Virus record (IMG/VR): IMGVR_UViG_3300045256_000567
Origin: a virus
Strand: one strand, 5' to 3'
Length of the DNA: 64,000 nt
Shown: piece after piece, positions 35,528 through 46,951 of the stretch
Numbering within the stretch: the stretch's first letter is position 1
How the letters are laid out: the number at the start of each line of letters is the position of its first letter
The notes under the pieces: generated by a model
What the model saw: only the letters and a program-made list of their open reading frames with translations
What the model was told of the DNA's origin: nothing
Database searches by the model: none
Made by a program: the position numbers and the translations under genes

Positions 35528-38515
35528 ATGCTAGAAGATGTTATCAAATCAATAATTAATGTAACTCCAGATAAGCAAAAAAAACCTGTATTATATTTAA
35601 ATTCTAGAGTAAATCAAGCGTTATCTTTGGGAAGAGGAAAAGATTATCCAGGTTTTAAACCTTTACTTACCTATAGAGCGTTGGCCTGGAACTCTACAAT
35701 AGTATATTCAATTATTATTTTTAGAAGAAACCAGGTATTGAAAAAAGAAAAAATTGTAGTTCCATATAATAATCAAGAACCTACATTCAGATTTTCTATA
35801 CTTGAATATTCTCCTGAATCTCTTTTATATTTACCTTCTATAGATGAAGCTGATGCTATCGCAATATTAAAGCTTTATAGAAAATATAAAAATTCTGATA
35901 TAAAAGAACCGTTCACAATTCAAAACTTTAAAAATAAATTAAATGAATCGGAAAAAACAATATTAAATCACATAGAAGAAAAACATATAGAATATTATTT
36001 AAATAGAATAAGAGACACAAAAAAAATAATAAACTTTTTAAACAAACCAGACCCATATTTTTCAGAAGTTAATAATTGGGAACATTTGCTTTCAATGGTG
36101 CTTGATGATATATTGACAATAGATAGAGGAACAATTCTTAAAGTTAGAGATGATCGTGGAAAATTAATTTCTTTAGTACCAGTTGACGGTACAACAATAA
36201 AACCTGTTGTAAATGAAAATAATGGAGTAGTTGAAAACTATGTTCAAGAAGTTGATGGAGCCATTGTTAATGAATATATTGATAAAAAAGATATTATTTT
36301 ATTTAGACAAAATATAACTCCAGATGTTTATATGTATGGATATTCAATAGCACCAATAGAAATACTTTATAAAGCTATACTTTCTGATATTTTTATTGAT
36401 AAAGGAAACTTAGATTATTATAGAAAAGGTGGGTCTATACCAGAAGGTGTAATTACTATAGAACCACCTTCTGTAAAAGATGGAGATGTATATCCACAAT
36501 TAAGCAGAGAACAGCTTGAATCAATACAAAGACAACTTCAAGCTATAATGATGGGTGATTATACGCAAGTTCCAATTTTATCTGGAGGAAAATTTACTTG
36601 GATTGATTTTAAAGGAAAAAGGAGAGATATGCAATTCAAAGAACTTGCTGAATATGTGTCAAGAAAGATATGCGCTGTTTATCAAGTTTCACCTCAAGAT
36701 GTAGGAATAACTTCTGATGTAAATAGAGCTACAGCAGAAGTAATGGCTTCGATGACTAAAGCTAAAGGATTAGAGCCATTATTAGCAAATATATCAAGAG
36801 GATTTGATTCTGTTATAGATGAATTTAGACCGCAAAGAGATATTAAATTATGGTTTAAAGAAGATGACCTTGAAAAAGAAAAAGAATGGTGGTCAAGTGT
36901 TCAAGGAATGTTAAATTCTGGTTTTAGAACAATTAATGAACTTAGAATGGAAAAAGGTTTAGATCCAGTACCTTGGGGTGATGCTCCATTTTCTGGATTA
37001 CGTAATTGGGAGCCGCCTAAACCAGAAGAAAATAAAGAATCTCCTGGTAGCGGTATTCCTGGGGGAGCGCTTGGGGGTATGCCTGGAATGGATATGGGTG
37101 GTATGCAAGGTATTTTAGGAGGTGCACCTAATGCTTCTTCAGGTCCAGGTGGTGGTGCTGGAGCATCGGGAGGTTTAGGTGGTTTAGAAAGCCTTTTAAA
37201 TACTCCAGATGTAGGACAAGATCAAGGTGCACAAGGCTTAGATGCATTGAAACAGATGCTTCAAAAGTCTTTTGATGTTAAAGATACAGTTGAATTAATA
37301 AATGACAACAACTATCTTAATGACGAAGAGTTACTTAAGAGAGTTTTAAAAACAATAGGATCTGAATCTATAGTAGAATTCATATCTAACGACTTAGAAA
37401 ATGATTTAGAAGTCACACCAGAAGAACTTATTCAACACAATTTTAATAGTAAGATTTCTAATGGAAAATTAGTTATAGGGGAAGGTGGGTTGTTAGAAGT
37501 ACATCTTTTAGCAAATAGTAATTTTGATTTTGATTATAAAAAAATATTAGAATTAATGTCATTACATTACGATTGCTCTTCTTTACCAAAAATTTCTATA
37601 GAAAGTAATGAAATAGATAAATTCTCAAAAATAAATTTACATATATGCACTCCAATGCAAGGAAATATTGTAACGCTTTTAGATAAGCTAAATAGAGATT
37701 TTTATAAAAAACCAGATGTACTATATATACATTCAGACCAAAAAATTTTTGAAGAAATTTTACCAGTAAAAGAAAAAAATAATTTAATTTTGTATTCTCT
37801 ACTACCAGAAGACTATAAAGAAAATAATTTCAATAAACTTGTCGAGATATATGGGTATGATGAATATGCGTTCCTGTTTTCACCCAATAAATATATAGAT
37901 TTAATTAAAGAAGAAATGTTCTCAAATGAAGAGTTAAAAAATAGGCTTTCATGTGTTTACGGCCCACTATCTCTGTTTGCTATCGCTAAAGCAACAAATA
38001 AATATGGGGAAAATTTTATAATGCATTTATTAAATTCAAAAAATAAACAAGTGAGCACTATAACTAAGTATGTATTACTAGTAAATTCATATGATTTTGA
38101 AAAAGAATATAATGAAGAAGATATAAAACTAGATTTATTAGAAAATGAAAATAACTTTAATTTAAATAAACTATACGCTAATATATATATTGAAAATTTA
38201 GAAGAAGCTATAGAGTACTTAATTAATTATCTACACTCTATCAACGAAGATTCAGATTATGAATTTTCTAGATTTTTAAATATTATAAATTATGTTATTT
38301 TTGAGCAAGGCAATCAAGAGATTGCAACTAGTTTTATTAGTAAATTAATGAATGTTGATCAGACTGTAGATTCACTAGATTTTTTTGAATTGGTAGAAAA
38401 ATGTATTAATAATATAAAAAATCCTATAACAAAGTCATTGGTAAGAAAACACATGTTGGGAGAGAAATTAGAAAAAGAAGAGTATAAATTGATAGAAGAT
38501 TATGTTACAATCTAA
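35528..38515 (+). CDS. Portal protein with Gly-rich linker and long C-terminal extension
   Basis: LVPVDGTTI, YGYSIAPIE, DMQFKE...ICAVYQVSPQDVG, TINELRMEKGLDPVPWGD (HK97-type portal motifs). Confidence 0.9.
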   Translation: MLEDVIKSIINVTPDKQKKPVLYLNSRVNQALSLGRGKDYPGFKPLLTYRALAWNSTIVYSIIIFRRNQVLKKEKIVVPYNNQEPTFRFSILEYSPESLLYLPSIDEADAIAILKLYRKYKNSDIKEPFTIQNFKNKLNESEKTILNHIEEKHIEYYLNRIRDTKKIINFLNKPDPYFSEVNNWEHLLSMVLDDILTIDRGTILKVRDDRGKLISLVPVDGTTIKPVVNENNGVVENYVQEVDGAIVNEYIDKKDIILFRQNITPDVYMYGYSIAPIEILYKAILSDIFIDKGNLDYYRKGGSIPEGVITIEPPSVKDGDVYPQLSREQLESIQRQLQAIMMGDYTQVPILSGGKFTWIDFKGKRRDMQFKELAEYVSRKICAVYQVSPQDVGITSDVNRATAEVMASMTKAKGLEPLLANISRGFDSVIDEFRPQRDIKLWFKEDDLEKEKEWWSSVQGMLNSGFRTINELRMEKGLDPVPWGDAPFSGLRNWEPPKPEENKESPGSGIPGGALGGMPGMDMGGMQGILGGAPNASSGPGGGAGASGGLGGLESLLNTPDVGQDQGAQGLDALKQMLQKSFDVKDTVELINDNNYLNDEELLKRVLKTIGSESIVEFISNDLENDLEVTPEELIQHNFNSKISNGKLVIGEGGLLEVHLLANSNFDFDYKKILELMSLHYDCSSLPKISIESNEIDKFSKINLHICTPMQGNIVTLLDKLNRDFYKKPDVLYIHSDQKIFEEILPVKEKNNLILYSLLPEDYKENNFNKLVEIYGYDEYAFLFSPNKYIDLIKEEMFSNEELKNRLSCVYGPLSLFAIAKATNKYGENFIMHLLNSKNKQVSTITKYVLLVNSYDFEKEYNEEDIKLDLLENENNFNLNKLYANIYIENLEEAIEYLINYLHSINEDSDYEFSRFLNIINYVIFEQGNQEIATSFISKLMNVDQTVDSLDFFELVEKCINNIKNPITKSLVRKHMLGEKLEKEEYKLIEDYVTI

Positions 38516-40493
38516 ATTAGATAAAACATACCCAAATATAAAAGACATTTTCACGTCAAGTGAAACTTGGCTGGAGTTTTTAGTTGATGAAATATACAAA
38601 ATATCTAAAAACTTAATAAATTTTTTTGGGGAAAAATCTGATAACTCTAATATTTTTATCAATTTTGTAAACCATGTAAAAAATGAAAAAGATTTAGACA
38701 AATTTTACCTTATAAAACAATTAAATTTATATAAAAGTAAACTAATAGAGCTAACAAATAGTTTATTAATAGAAAATAAAGAAAGGGATACAGAATATTT
38801 TTACTTAAGCGAACAATTTTCCAGGTTGATTTTTTCTTTAAAATCATTTGGTTTGCTGGAAAATTTAATAGAATTAATGAATTTATCTTATAACTCAAAG
38901 AAGAATGATATAAATTTATTTGTTACAAAACAATACGTATCAGATATATTGTCTTCTGAAGCGGCAAAAATTCAATATCTATTAGAAAATTCATTGTTTT
39001 TTATTTTTACAAATAGAAGAGAAAAGAAAAATTTGAAAATTTTGCTAGAAAGCCCATATTTTTATAAAACGCTGGCTTTATTGTATACAAAACAAGATTT
39101 AAAATTTGAGTCCTTAACAAAAATTTCAAAAATATACCAAGTTGATTTATCGAATGAAAAAGATTTGGTGAAAATTTTTTTAGATACATCTAATTGGTCT
39201 AAAAGTGATGCACTTAATTTAGTTAATTTAGGATATAAAAGTTTTCCAACATTTTTAAAATTTTCTATAGAAGAGTTTGGTGATGAGAAAAAAATAAATG
39301 AATATTTAGAGATTTTTTATTTTTTAAGAGTTCCAGTAGACGAAAATTTTGAAATACTAACTGTATTTATTGAAAAAGAGGATGATAAAAAAATTTTAGT
39401 AGATCAAGAAAATATATTAATGAAAGATTCTTTTTTATCAAATAAAGATTTTTCTTCCTTTTACCCAATATATGAATCAAGCGTATTGGTAGATTTATAT
39501 AAAAATAATATCTTTGAAAAAATAACTTATCTATCCCACAATGCTGTAAATAGGAAATTGTTTGCTGAATATAGTTCGTCTAAAGAATTTGGAGTAAAAA
39601 ATGATCTTGGTATTTATTATTATCCAATTAGAGTTCTTTCTGGACTAGAAATAAATTATGAGTTATATTTGCTGCGGCAGAAAGAAAAAATAAATAAATT
39701 TAATTTAATTTTAGATACTAATGAATCCAAAGAAGAAGTTATTTTTGCTGATACTTATAAAGATTTTATAAAAGAAGACTCTTTTTTTAAAATTTTTTCA
39801 AATTTTTCTGATTTTTCAATAAAGTTTCATAACTCATATGGTGACAAAAAACGACAAAAACAACTAATAAAAGATCTTTTATTTGTTAATAAATTTGATA
39901 ACTTTGATATAAATAAATTGTATTCATTATTTTTAAGAATATATACACAAAAAAATTCTTTATATACAGACGTTTCTTATTATAGGATGATCTTTTCTGA
40001 TCTTATTAAAATATTGTTTGAAAATAGTTTTTTTATGTATACAAACACTGAAAACTTTTTAGAAAAAACAAATTATTTTATTTTGCACCAAGAAAATTTA
40101 AAAGATTTTTATTGGACTCACTCAATAACTTTAGTAGAAAGAAAAAACAGGAATGTTTTACCAATAATGATAGGAATATCATATTCAGATAATTTTGATA
40201 CTTTTTCTTCATACCCATTTTTAAACTTTCTTGATTATTCAAAATTTATAACTTCAAACATAAATAGATTTCAAAAAGATAAAACTTATAATTTATACCT
40301 ACCAAAATTATATACAATACTACTATCAAATGATAAAATATCAATAATAAATTATAATAAAATTCAAGATTTTTACACAGAAAAAGAGTATGAAGTAAAA
40401 ACTAGTTATACTGATTTTAATGATCCTATGAAAGTTGAACATGTAAATATTTCTTATATGCCCGTGATTCCGGCGCTAAATATTGTAAAATAG
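38502..40493 (+). CDS. Hypothetical protein
   Basis: 663-aa ORF in the structural operon. Confidence 0.75.
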   Translation: MLQSKLDKTYPNIKDIFTSSETWLEFLVDEIYKISKNLINFFGEKSDNSNIFINFVNHVKNEKDLDKFYLIKQLNLYKSKLIELTNSLLIENKERDTEYFYLSEQFSRLIFSLKSFGLLENLIELMNLSYNSKKNDINLFVTKQYVSDILSSEAAKIQYLLENSLFFIFTNRREKKNLKILLESPYFYKTLALLYTKQDLKFESLTKISKIYQVDLSNEKDLVKIFLDTSNWSKSDALNLVNLGYKSFPTFLKFSIEEFGDEKKINEYLEIFYFLRVPVDENFEILTVFIEKEDDKKILVDQENILMKDSFLSNKDFSSFYPIYESSVLVDLYKNNIFEKITYLSHNAVNRKLFAEYSSSKEFGVKNDLGIYYYPIRVLSGLEINYELYLLRQKEKINKFNLILDTNESKEEVIFADTYKDFIKEDSFFKIFSNFSDFSIKFHNSYGDKKRQKQLIKDLLFVNKFDNFDINKLYSLFLRIYTQKNSLYTDVSYYRMIFSDLIKILFENSFFMYTNTENFLEKTNYFILHQENLKDFYWTHSITLVERKNRNVLPIMIGISYSDNFDTFSSYPFLNFLDYSKFITSNINRFQKDKTYNLYLPKLYTILLSNDKISIINYNKIQDFYTEKEYEVKTSYTDFNDPMKVEHVNISYMPVIPALNIVK

Positions 40494-40499
40494 ATATAT

Positions 40500-42275
40500 A
40501 TGCTATTTGATTTTATAAAAGAAACGCTTTCTTTGTATGATAACGAAGCAGAGTATTTTCCAGTAAGGGTTACTTATATAAATGATCCTTTAGATGCAGA
40601 CCCTGGAAAATCAGATTTTTATGCTACAGGACATAGAGTAGACACGCCTAGGCAAGAAACTATTACTATTTATGTTCCTAGTAAAAATTTTGTTTTAAAT
40701 GTTGGAGACTATATTTTAGTAAAACATTTAGGAAATGGATTTTCTGTTTATATATCTCACCTTTATACAAAACAACTAACGAAAATAAATGCGGGAAATA
40801 AAGAGGAAGCAATTTCTCATGAAGAACTTTCTTTAGCAAGACCGATACTACCTCAACTTACATATAGATATTCGGTTGGAGAAGTTTATAATAATTCTGT
40901 TGTTTATTTATCTGCAATAGATTCATATAGAGCAAAAGAACCTAATTTTAAATATAAATTTTTTGTTGAATTTCCTTCTTTAGTTTTATATAAAAGATTT
41001 TATGACGTTTTTGATTATGATAATAAATTTGCCGATATAGTAGATGATAAAAACGAAGACTTAGAATCCAGAAAGAAAATTTTTTATTTTTCTCATAATC
41101 CAAAAGAAAAAGATTTTTTAATAAACCTTAATAAAGATAATTTATTTCCTTTTAGGCCAGATCCAGTTTTTGATTCTTTACATTCTAAGTCGGCGACTAA
41201 TGAAAAAAAACTTTTACTAGAAGAAGAAAATAAATTTGATTTAACTGCTATAGATGAATACAAAACCGATAAATATCCATTATTAGATTTTAGGCAAAAA
41301 ATAGGTGATGATAAATTTTTATTTACTGCTTATGACGAAATTATAAATAAAGATACACCTTACGAATCACTAAAGTTAAAAGAAGATATTTTTGATATTT
41401 TTTATGCACAAGAGTTTTATGAAGTAAAAATAGGAAGAAATAAATTTGGATTATATAAAATATCAAAAGAAGATACCTTTGTAACACTAAAAAGCGCTTA
41501 TGACCAGCAGTTTTCCGCACTAAAACAAAAAGATCTCGGACAAGTAAGAATTAGAAACCTAGATGGATCGTCTATATTATTAGAAAGCAACTCATCTTAT
41601 AAGCGATCTTTTATAGGTACAAATCCTTCATTGATTTTTGAACAGTTTTATAAAGATCAATATCAACATATACTTTTATTAAATGCAGAGAAAAACAATT
41701 TTTACTCATTGCAAACCAGTGGGGGAAGTCTAAGTGATTACTCCTTCCTTCTTTTACTTAAAGGAAATAAAGATTCTTCCTTAAATAGAACAAATTTTGA
41801 TTATTTCTCCTTAAACTCTTCACAAACTATAGCATACGGAGCAAAACAAAATGGAAATATAGGGTATGCTTCGCTATCTGTTGGTTCTAACTCAATTTTT
41901 AAATTAAGATTAGAATCTACCCGTAAAATTGAACTTACTTTAGATGCCAATACAAATGAACTTATTTTTATGAATTCTTTGTCTGGTCAACCAAATACAA
42001 TGTATTTTAAAGATAAACAATTTATGCTTACCAACAATGATAGAGATATAGATATACACATTGACGGGATGGTGTATATTGATAAAAATTTAATAGTTAA
42101 TAGTAATACAAATTTAAATGATACTTTAACTGTTCAAGGAATATCTACTTTCAACGGTCCCGCTACTTTTAACAGTTTAGTAACAATGGGTTCTGGATTT
42201 TCTGCTAGCGGAGCAGCTACTGTTAATGGAAAACAATTAGCTTGTTTTTCTGGTTCTAATGTTGTGCCTTGTTAA
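40500..42275 (+). CDS. Probable baseplate spike/tail-associated protein
   Basis: OB-like N-terminus (LNVGDYILV) and beta-repeat C-terminus. Confidence 0.5.
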   Translation: MLFDFIKETLSLYDNEAEYFPVRVTYINDPLDADPGKSDFYATGHRVDTPRQETITIYVPSKNFVLNVGDYILVKHLGNGFSVYISHLYTKQLTKINAGNKEEAISHEELSLARPILPQLTYRYSVGEVYNNSVVYLSAIDSYRAKEPNFKYKFFVEFPSLVLYKRFYDVFDYDNKFADIVDDKNEDLESRKKIFYFSHNPKEKDFLINLNKDNLFPFRPDPVFDSLHSKSATNEKKLLLEEENKFDLTAIDEYKTDKYPLLDFRQKIGDDKFLFTAYDEIINKDTPYESLKLKEDIFDIFYAQEFYEVKIGRNKFGLYKISKEDTFVTLKSAYDQQFSALKQKDLGQVRIRNLDGSSILLESNSSYKRSFIGTNPSLIFEQFYKDQYQHILLLNAEKNNFYSLQTSGGSLSDYSFLLLLKGNKDSSLNRTNFDYFSLNSSQTIAYGAKQNGNIGYASLSVGSNSIFKLRLESTRKIELTLDANTNELIFMNSLSGQPNTMYFKDKQFMLTNNDRDIDIHIDGMVYIDKNLIVNSNTNLNDTLTVQGISTFNGPATFNSLVTMGSGFSASGAATVNGKQLACFSGSNVVPC

Positions 42276-42540
42276 AAAAGTTTTTCATATTTAGAACAGA
42301 AACTACCATATCAATTAAACCTGATATAAAATTAATTATATCCTTTTGTTTTTCTTCAGGTAAATTTGTAAAATTTAATACCTCATCTAAAAGATCTAAA
42401 GCTTTTTGCTTCTTTTCCAAAGAAGTCATAGTTTTATTTTTAGCAATCTCTTCTACTGTTTTCACTACATTTATTACGGTTGGTAGATACTTTGTTACAT
42501 ATGAAATTAAAGCGATTAGTGTTGGTATATAGTTTAGCAT
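42256..42540 (-). CDS. Small protein, holin-like
   Basis: N-terminal hydrophobic helix, VEE...EKKQKA, LIDMVV pattern. Confidence 0.5.
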   Translation of the reverse strand: MLNYIPTLIALISYVTKYLPTVINVVKTVEEIAKNKTMTSLEKKQKALDLLDEVLNFTNLPEEKQKDIINFISGLIDMVVSVLNMKNFFNKAQH

Positions 42541-42669
42541 AATTATTTCTCCTATTTATATTTTAATATAAATTTTTTAAAAATTTTTTGTAGGTATATT
42601 TTAATTTTGAAGGACTCCATGTTCAAAAGTTTATTGACATCGTGAGGGGTTTGCGTTAAAATATTTTTT

Positions 42670-44043
42670 GTGCTGCCTGAAAGTCAATCTACAAACCATA
42701 AGTCACAAATAAGTGCTAAAAAATATATAAATTGCTTTAGAATAAATTATTCTAATTTTGATAAAGAAAAGTTATATTTTCCTTTGCTTGAAAACAATTT
42801 TTTTCCAGAATCTGTAATTCTTCACAGCGAAGAAGAAGAAAATTCTGGAAGCATAATATTACCTACAAGAATTGCAGAAATGTCTGGTTTGACAAATTTA
42901 ATTACAGACAAAAAAGAAATATCTCCTAAATCTACACTATATTTTAATAATCCATTAAAAGAACTTTTTACTCCTACGGAATGGCAGAATAAAGCTATAG
43001 ATTATATAGTGTCTAAAAACGAAAGAAATGGAATTGTTAAAGCACCTACAGGGTCAGGAAAAACTATTTTCGCCTATTTTCTTTTAAATAGACTTAAAGT
43101 TCCTGCAATTATTGTTGTTGATAGAGATGTTCTAGTTGAACAATGGATTGATAGAGCTAAAGAAATATTTGAAAAAGTAAATATAGAAAAATTAAATTCA
43201 AAAAATATAGATCAACTAGAAAAAAATACCTCTGATTTTTTAGTAACAACTGTACAATTTCTTATTTCATTAATAAAAAAAGATTATCAAAAATATCTTA
43301 ATTTATTTGATAAATCAATTTATAATGCAATAATTTATGACGAGGCACATACAACTTCCGCTGCTAAGGCTTTTGCAAAAAGTGTATCACTGTTTCCTAA
43401 TTTTTATTATTTATTTGGACTTACCGCAACTCCAGAAATAAATAATTTTCCTATGCACAAATTTACTGTTGGTCCAGTGATTATAGACGCAGAGAGATTT
43501 GGTTATAGAAATGCTTTAAAAAATCTTCTACAAGTTAAAACCATAAAGAAAAATTATAACTTAAAATTTAGGACTTGGCCTGGAATACAGCAGTATGCTC
43601 TAGTTTCTAACTATCAAACAGTACTTGAAAAAAATGAAGATTTTAGAAGAGATTTAATTTCTCAAATTAAATTAAATTTAGATCAAAACAGAACAATATT
43701 AGTAGTGGTGTCTAGAATAGAGACAGTTAATTTTTTATCTAAAGTTTTTTCTTTTGCAAAAGTATTAACGTCAAAACAAAAATCTAGTATAGATAATACT
43801 ACCAAACTTATATTTGCGACCTATGGTACTGTTTCCAAAGGATTTGATTATAAAGCTTTAGATACTATCATATCAACATTGTTTGTTTACGGTAAGGTTT
43901 CTAGTATACAGCTTATAGGAAGAATTTTAAGACAAACGTCTAATAAAAAACTTCCTATGGCTATATTTATGTATGATGAGAAGATTGAAAAGATGTTAAA
44001 TATAAACCTTCAAAAAGAACTAGAAACAAAGCTAAAAAAGTGA
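42670..44043 (+). CDS. SF2 DExH helicase
   Basis: APTGSGKT, DEAH, LTAT, QLIGRILR; TTGACA-N17-TAAAAT promoter. Confidence 0.93.
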   Translation: MLPESQSTNHKSQISAKKYINCFRINYSNFDKEKLYFPLLENNFFPESVILHSEEEENSGSIILPTRIAEMSGLTNLITDKKEISPKSTLYFNNPLKELFTPTEWQNKAIDYIVSKNERNGIVKAPTGSGKTIFAYFLLNRLKVPAIIVVDRDVLVEQWIDRAKEIFEKVNIEKLNSKNIDQLEKNTSDFLVTTVQFLISLIKKDYQKYLNLFDKSIYNAIIYDEAHTTSAAKAFAKSVSLFPNFYYLFGLTATPEINNFPMHKFTVGPVIIDAERFGYRNALKNLLQVKTIKKNYNLKFRTWPGIQQYALVSNYQTVLEKNEDFRRDLISQIKLNLDQNRTILVVVSRIETVNFLSKVFSFAKVLTSKQKSSIDNTTKLIFATYGTVSKGFDYKALDTIISTLFVYGKVSSIQLIGRILRQTSNKKLPMAIFMYDEKIEKMLNINLQKELETKLKK

Positions 44044-44087
44044 TAAACCCTACGATTTATTATACTTAAATGTGCTATCTATTTTAT

Positions 44088-45560
44088 ATGGTAAGAACAC
44101 TAATAAGCTTTTTGGTGTTGGTTGGAGTATCGTTTGCGCAGAATTTTGCAAATTTTGATCCTCCACATTACATAAAAGAATTGGGATTAGAGAAGTGCGC
44201 CCCTACTAAAGATTTAATTGAATTAAGAAAATTAGAAAAATTTTATTTATCACAAACTAGGCAAATTTGGAACGAAACTTTTAGTACTTGGCCTAATGAT
44301 GTTGGCGAAGGAATGTGGAATAGCAGGATTTTATATGGAAAGCAATTTAAAATATATTTTAGAGACTATCAAAAAATAAATAACAAAATTTATTATAAAA
44401 CTGCACGAGGAGTAAAAGAGGTTTCAGAAAAAGATTTAGAAGATTTTTCGGATTTTATAGTTCAGTATTTAAAAGATGGAGTTGATAACCTTTATAAGGT
44501 TTATTCTAATTTCGTTCCAATTAAAGATTTTGAAAAATACAACAAAGAAATAAATGATTCACAATTAGGTACAGTAACTTTAAGAGATTTAATGTTTTTG
44601 CCATATATTCTTGACAAGTCTGATTTTGTACCAAATGAAATTTATATTACTCCAATGGAACCTTGGGGTATGGTATATCTATCTTTTTATAGAGGAGGAG
44701 TTTCTAGGGTTTTCTTAAACCCAGAGGCTATGTTTTATGATTGCCTATATGGAAAACCCACAGTAGTACAACATGAGTTGTCGCATAATCAAAATTCTCT
44801 GCAATGGTTGCCTTTAGGAAGTTACGTAGATTTCGAAATTATGGCTGAACTAGCTTCTGGAGTTTGGAACAGTGATTATTATTGGGAACTTTTACACCCT
44901 TATTTGCTTCCTTTAAATGATTTAATTCATGCGTTTTTTGGGTTTGATTATATGAATTCTGGAACAGTATTTGATTTTAAAGCAGAGCCAGCTGGTATTA
45001 GATGGACTAATGAAGCAAGAATTAAAGAATACCAGGAGCAGTGGGAAAAAATGAAAGAATATTTAACTGATTGGGTCAGAAAGTTCTTTACAGACTTTTA
45101 TGAAGACCCTCTTTTTGCTGTATCTACTAACATGAATTTATGTTGGGATAATGCATTTCTTTCTTTGAGCTTTTCAAGTCAGTTTGAGCTTGCGGGGTTA
45201 AGTGGTTTTGAGAATACACAAAAATGGTTGAGTGCAAACGAAAAACTAATTGAAGACACTTGGGAAAGAGCTAAACAGGACGTAGGTAATTCTATAGAGT
45301 CAGATAAAAAGCCCTCAGACAACTCCTTTCAATCGTTTAGAAATAGAAGAGATTTTTGTCCTCAACCATATACATTTACAGCTAATAAATCAAAAACATT
45401 ACAAGAATTAAACAAAGTTGTACAAGAAGATTATAAAACCTACGGCAAAGAAGTTGTTTTTAATAATATACTAAATGGAAAGTACGATGGTTTTTTGAAA
45501 AAAATAAAAGAAGAGGTTTTCAACGGACTAAAAGTTGATTCATATAAGGAGAGAAAGTAG
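44088..45560 (+). CDS. Secreted protein with HExxH motif
   Basis: Signal peptide ending SFA; HELSH. Confidence 0.65.
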   Translation: MVRTLISFLVLVGVSFAQNFANFDPPHYIKELGLEKCAPTKDLIELRKLEKFYLSQTRQIWNETFSTWPNDVGEGMWNSRILYGKQFKIYFRDYQKINNKIYYKTARGVKEVSEKDLEDFSDFIVQYLKDGVDNLYKVYSNFVPIKDFEKYNKEINDSQLGTVTLRDLMFLPYILDKSDFVPNEIYITPMEPWGMVYLSFYRGGVSRVFLNPEAMFYDCLYGKPTVVQHELSHNQNSLQWLPLGSYVDFEIMAELASGVWNSDYYWELLHPYLLPLNDLIHAFFGFDYMNSGTVFDFKAEPAGIRWTNEARIKEYQEQWEKMKEYLTDWVRKFFTDFYEDPLFAVSTNMNLCWDNAFLSLSFSSQFELAGLSGFENTQKWLSANEKLIEDTWERAKQDVGNSIESDKKPSDNSFQSFRNRRDFCPQPYTFTANKSKTLQELNKVVQEDYKTYGKEVVFNNILNGKYDGFLKKIKEEVFNGLKVDSYKERK

Positions 45561-45562
45561 AA

Positions 45563-46897
45563 ATGTTAAAGAATATTTTTATAATCATTGGTTTGTTTTT
45601 GTTAACCAGTTGTGCCGTAACAATGCCCGGAGCTTTTTACTCTAATGCTCCATCTGATTGGACAGATGAACAAAAAATGGTAGCTTTTTACTATGCTTTA
45701 CAAAAATGGGGAACCAAAGAAACCGCAGATGGAAGAGTTATTAATAGAGAAGTACTTTCTGTTTATGATGTTTATGACACGATATTGAGACTAAATGAAG
45801 ATTTAAGTTTTGCATTAAAAGATAAGGGTTTTCTTAATTATGTAACATGGAAAGGGGCCTCCCCAGCGGTTCAAAGACTTAATGCTTCTCTGACGATACT
45901 TTCTAAATGTTTTACTGCCTATAAAATTCAATCTGATTTAATAAAAATATTTTCTATAGATAGAAAAACTACTACAGTAGAAAAAGAAGGGTATTCTACA
46001 AGATTGATTACTTTGTGCGACGGACTAAAAGATAAATTAAAATTAGATGAACCTTCTATAGAAAAAGCAAAAGAAGAAGGCCGCTTAATGCTTTCTAGAC
46101 TTTACAAAATTTCTTTAGCTACAGAATACGGAGAAAAAGAAATTGAAGTTAGAAATTACAAAGTACTTAATGATGTGTCCTTTGAAAGTGAAGAACAAAA
46201 ATTTAATTATTACTTTACTCCCAGTGATTATATAGAAATAGCATACGCCGAAGAACCAAATACTCCAATTGTTAGAGTGTATAAAACCAATAAAGAAACA
46301 AATCAAAGTTATGTAATTTCAAGTACAGATGAACCAGGAAGCTATGGGTTTGGGTTGCCTAGTAAATTAGAAAGTATTATAGTTGTTGACGGAATGGATT
46401 GGATCGCTGCAAACTTAAAAAACTTATTTAATACAAAAGTTGCGCAAATAGATGTATATAAAGATAAAAAGCCAATAGAAACACATATTGTAAGAGCTGG
46501 TGAAAAAATTCAAACATGGGAAGATGGAGAATTCACAGTTCCTTATGGTTATTCCTCTTCTAATTTCTTCGCCGATATAGAATCCGATAAAAACGCAACG
46601 GAACAAAGAAAAGATAATTTAACAGTAATGAAATTTTACAAAAAGATATATACGGACGTAAATGTACAAGAAATATTTGTACCAAAACCAGAATTTAAAG
46701 TTATTAAATCAGCCACATTGATTTCTGATAGGATACAGGTTGATTTGCCTTTAAAGCCATCAGTAACCGCAGATCCTGCTTATTTTGGAACTTTAACATA
46801 TGTAATATATAAAGAAGGTGCTGTTTCTTGGATGCTTTGGGATTCTAATGGAGACGGAAAGTTTGATAAAAGAAGAAAGGTAAATTGGGTTTGGTAG
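45563..46897 (+). CDS. Lipoprotein
   Basis: Lipobox LLTSC; C-terminal DSNGDGKFD. Confidence 0.75.
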   Translation: MLKNIFIIIGLFLLTSCAVTMPGAFYSNAPSDWTDEQKMVAFYYALQKWGTKETADGRVINREVLSVYDVYDTILRLNEDLSFALKDKGFLNYVTWKGASPAVQRLNASLTILSKCFTAYKIQSDLIKIFSIDRKTTTVEKEGYSTRLITLCDGLKDKLKLDEPSIEKAKEEGRLMLSRLYKISLATEYGEKEIEVRNYKVLNDVSFESEEQKFNYYFTPSDYIEIAYAEEPNTPIVRVYKTNKETNQSYVISSTDEPGSYGFGLPSKLESIIVVDGMDWIAANLKNLFNTKVAQIDVYKDKKPIETHIVRAGEKIQTWEDGEFTVPYGYSSSNFFADIESDKNATEQRKDNLTVMKFYKKIYTDVNVQEIFVPKPEFKVIKSATLISDRIQVDLPLKPSVTADPAYFGTLTYVIYKEGAVSWMLWDSNGDGKFDKRRKVNWVW

Positions 46898-46909
46898 ATA
46901 CAAAAAAAG

Positions 46910-46940
46910 AAAAAGGAGAGATATTTTCTCTCCTTTTTTT
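46910..46940. terminator. Bidirectional terminator
   Basis: AAAAAGGAGAG...CTCTCCTTTTT between convergent genes. Confidence 0.8.
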
Positions 46941-46951
46941 GTTTTTTTCAA

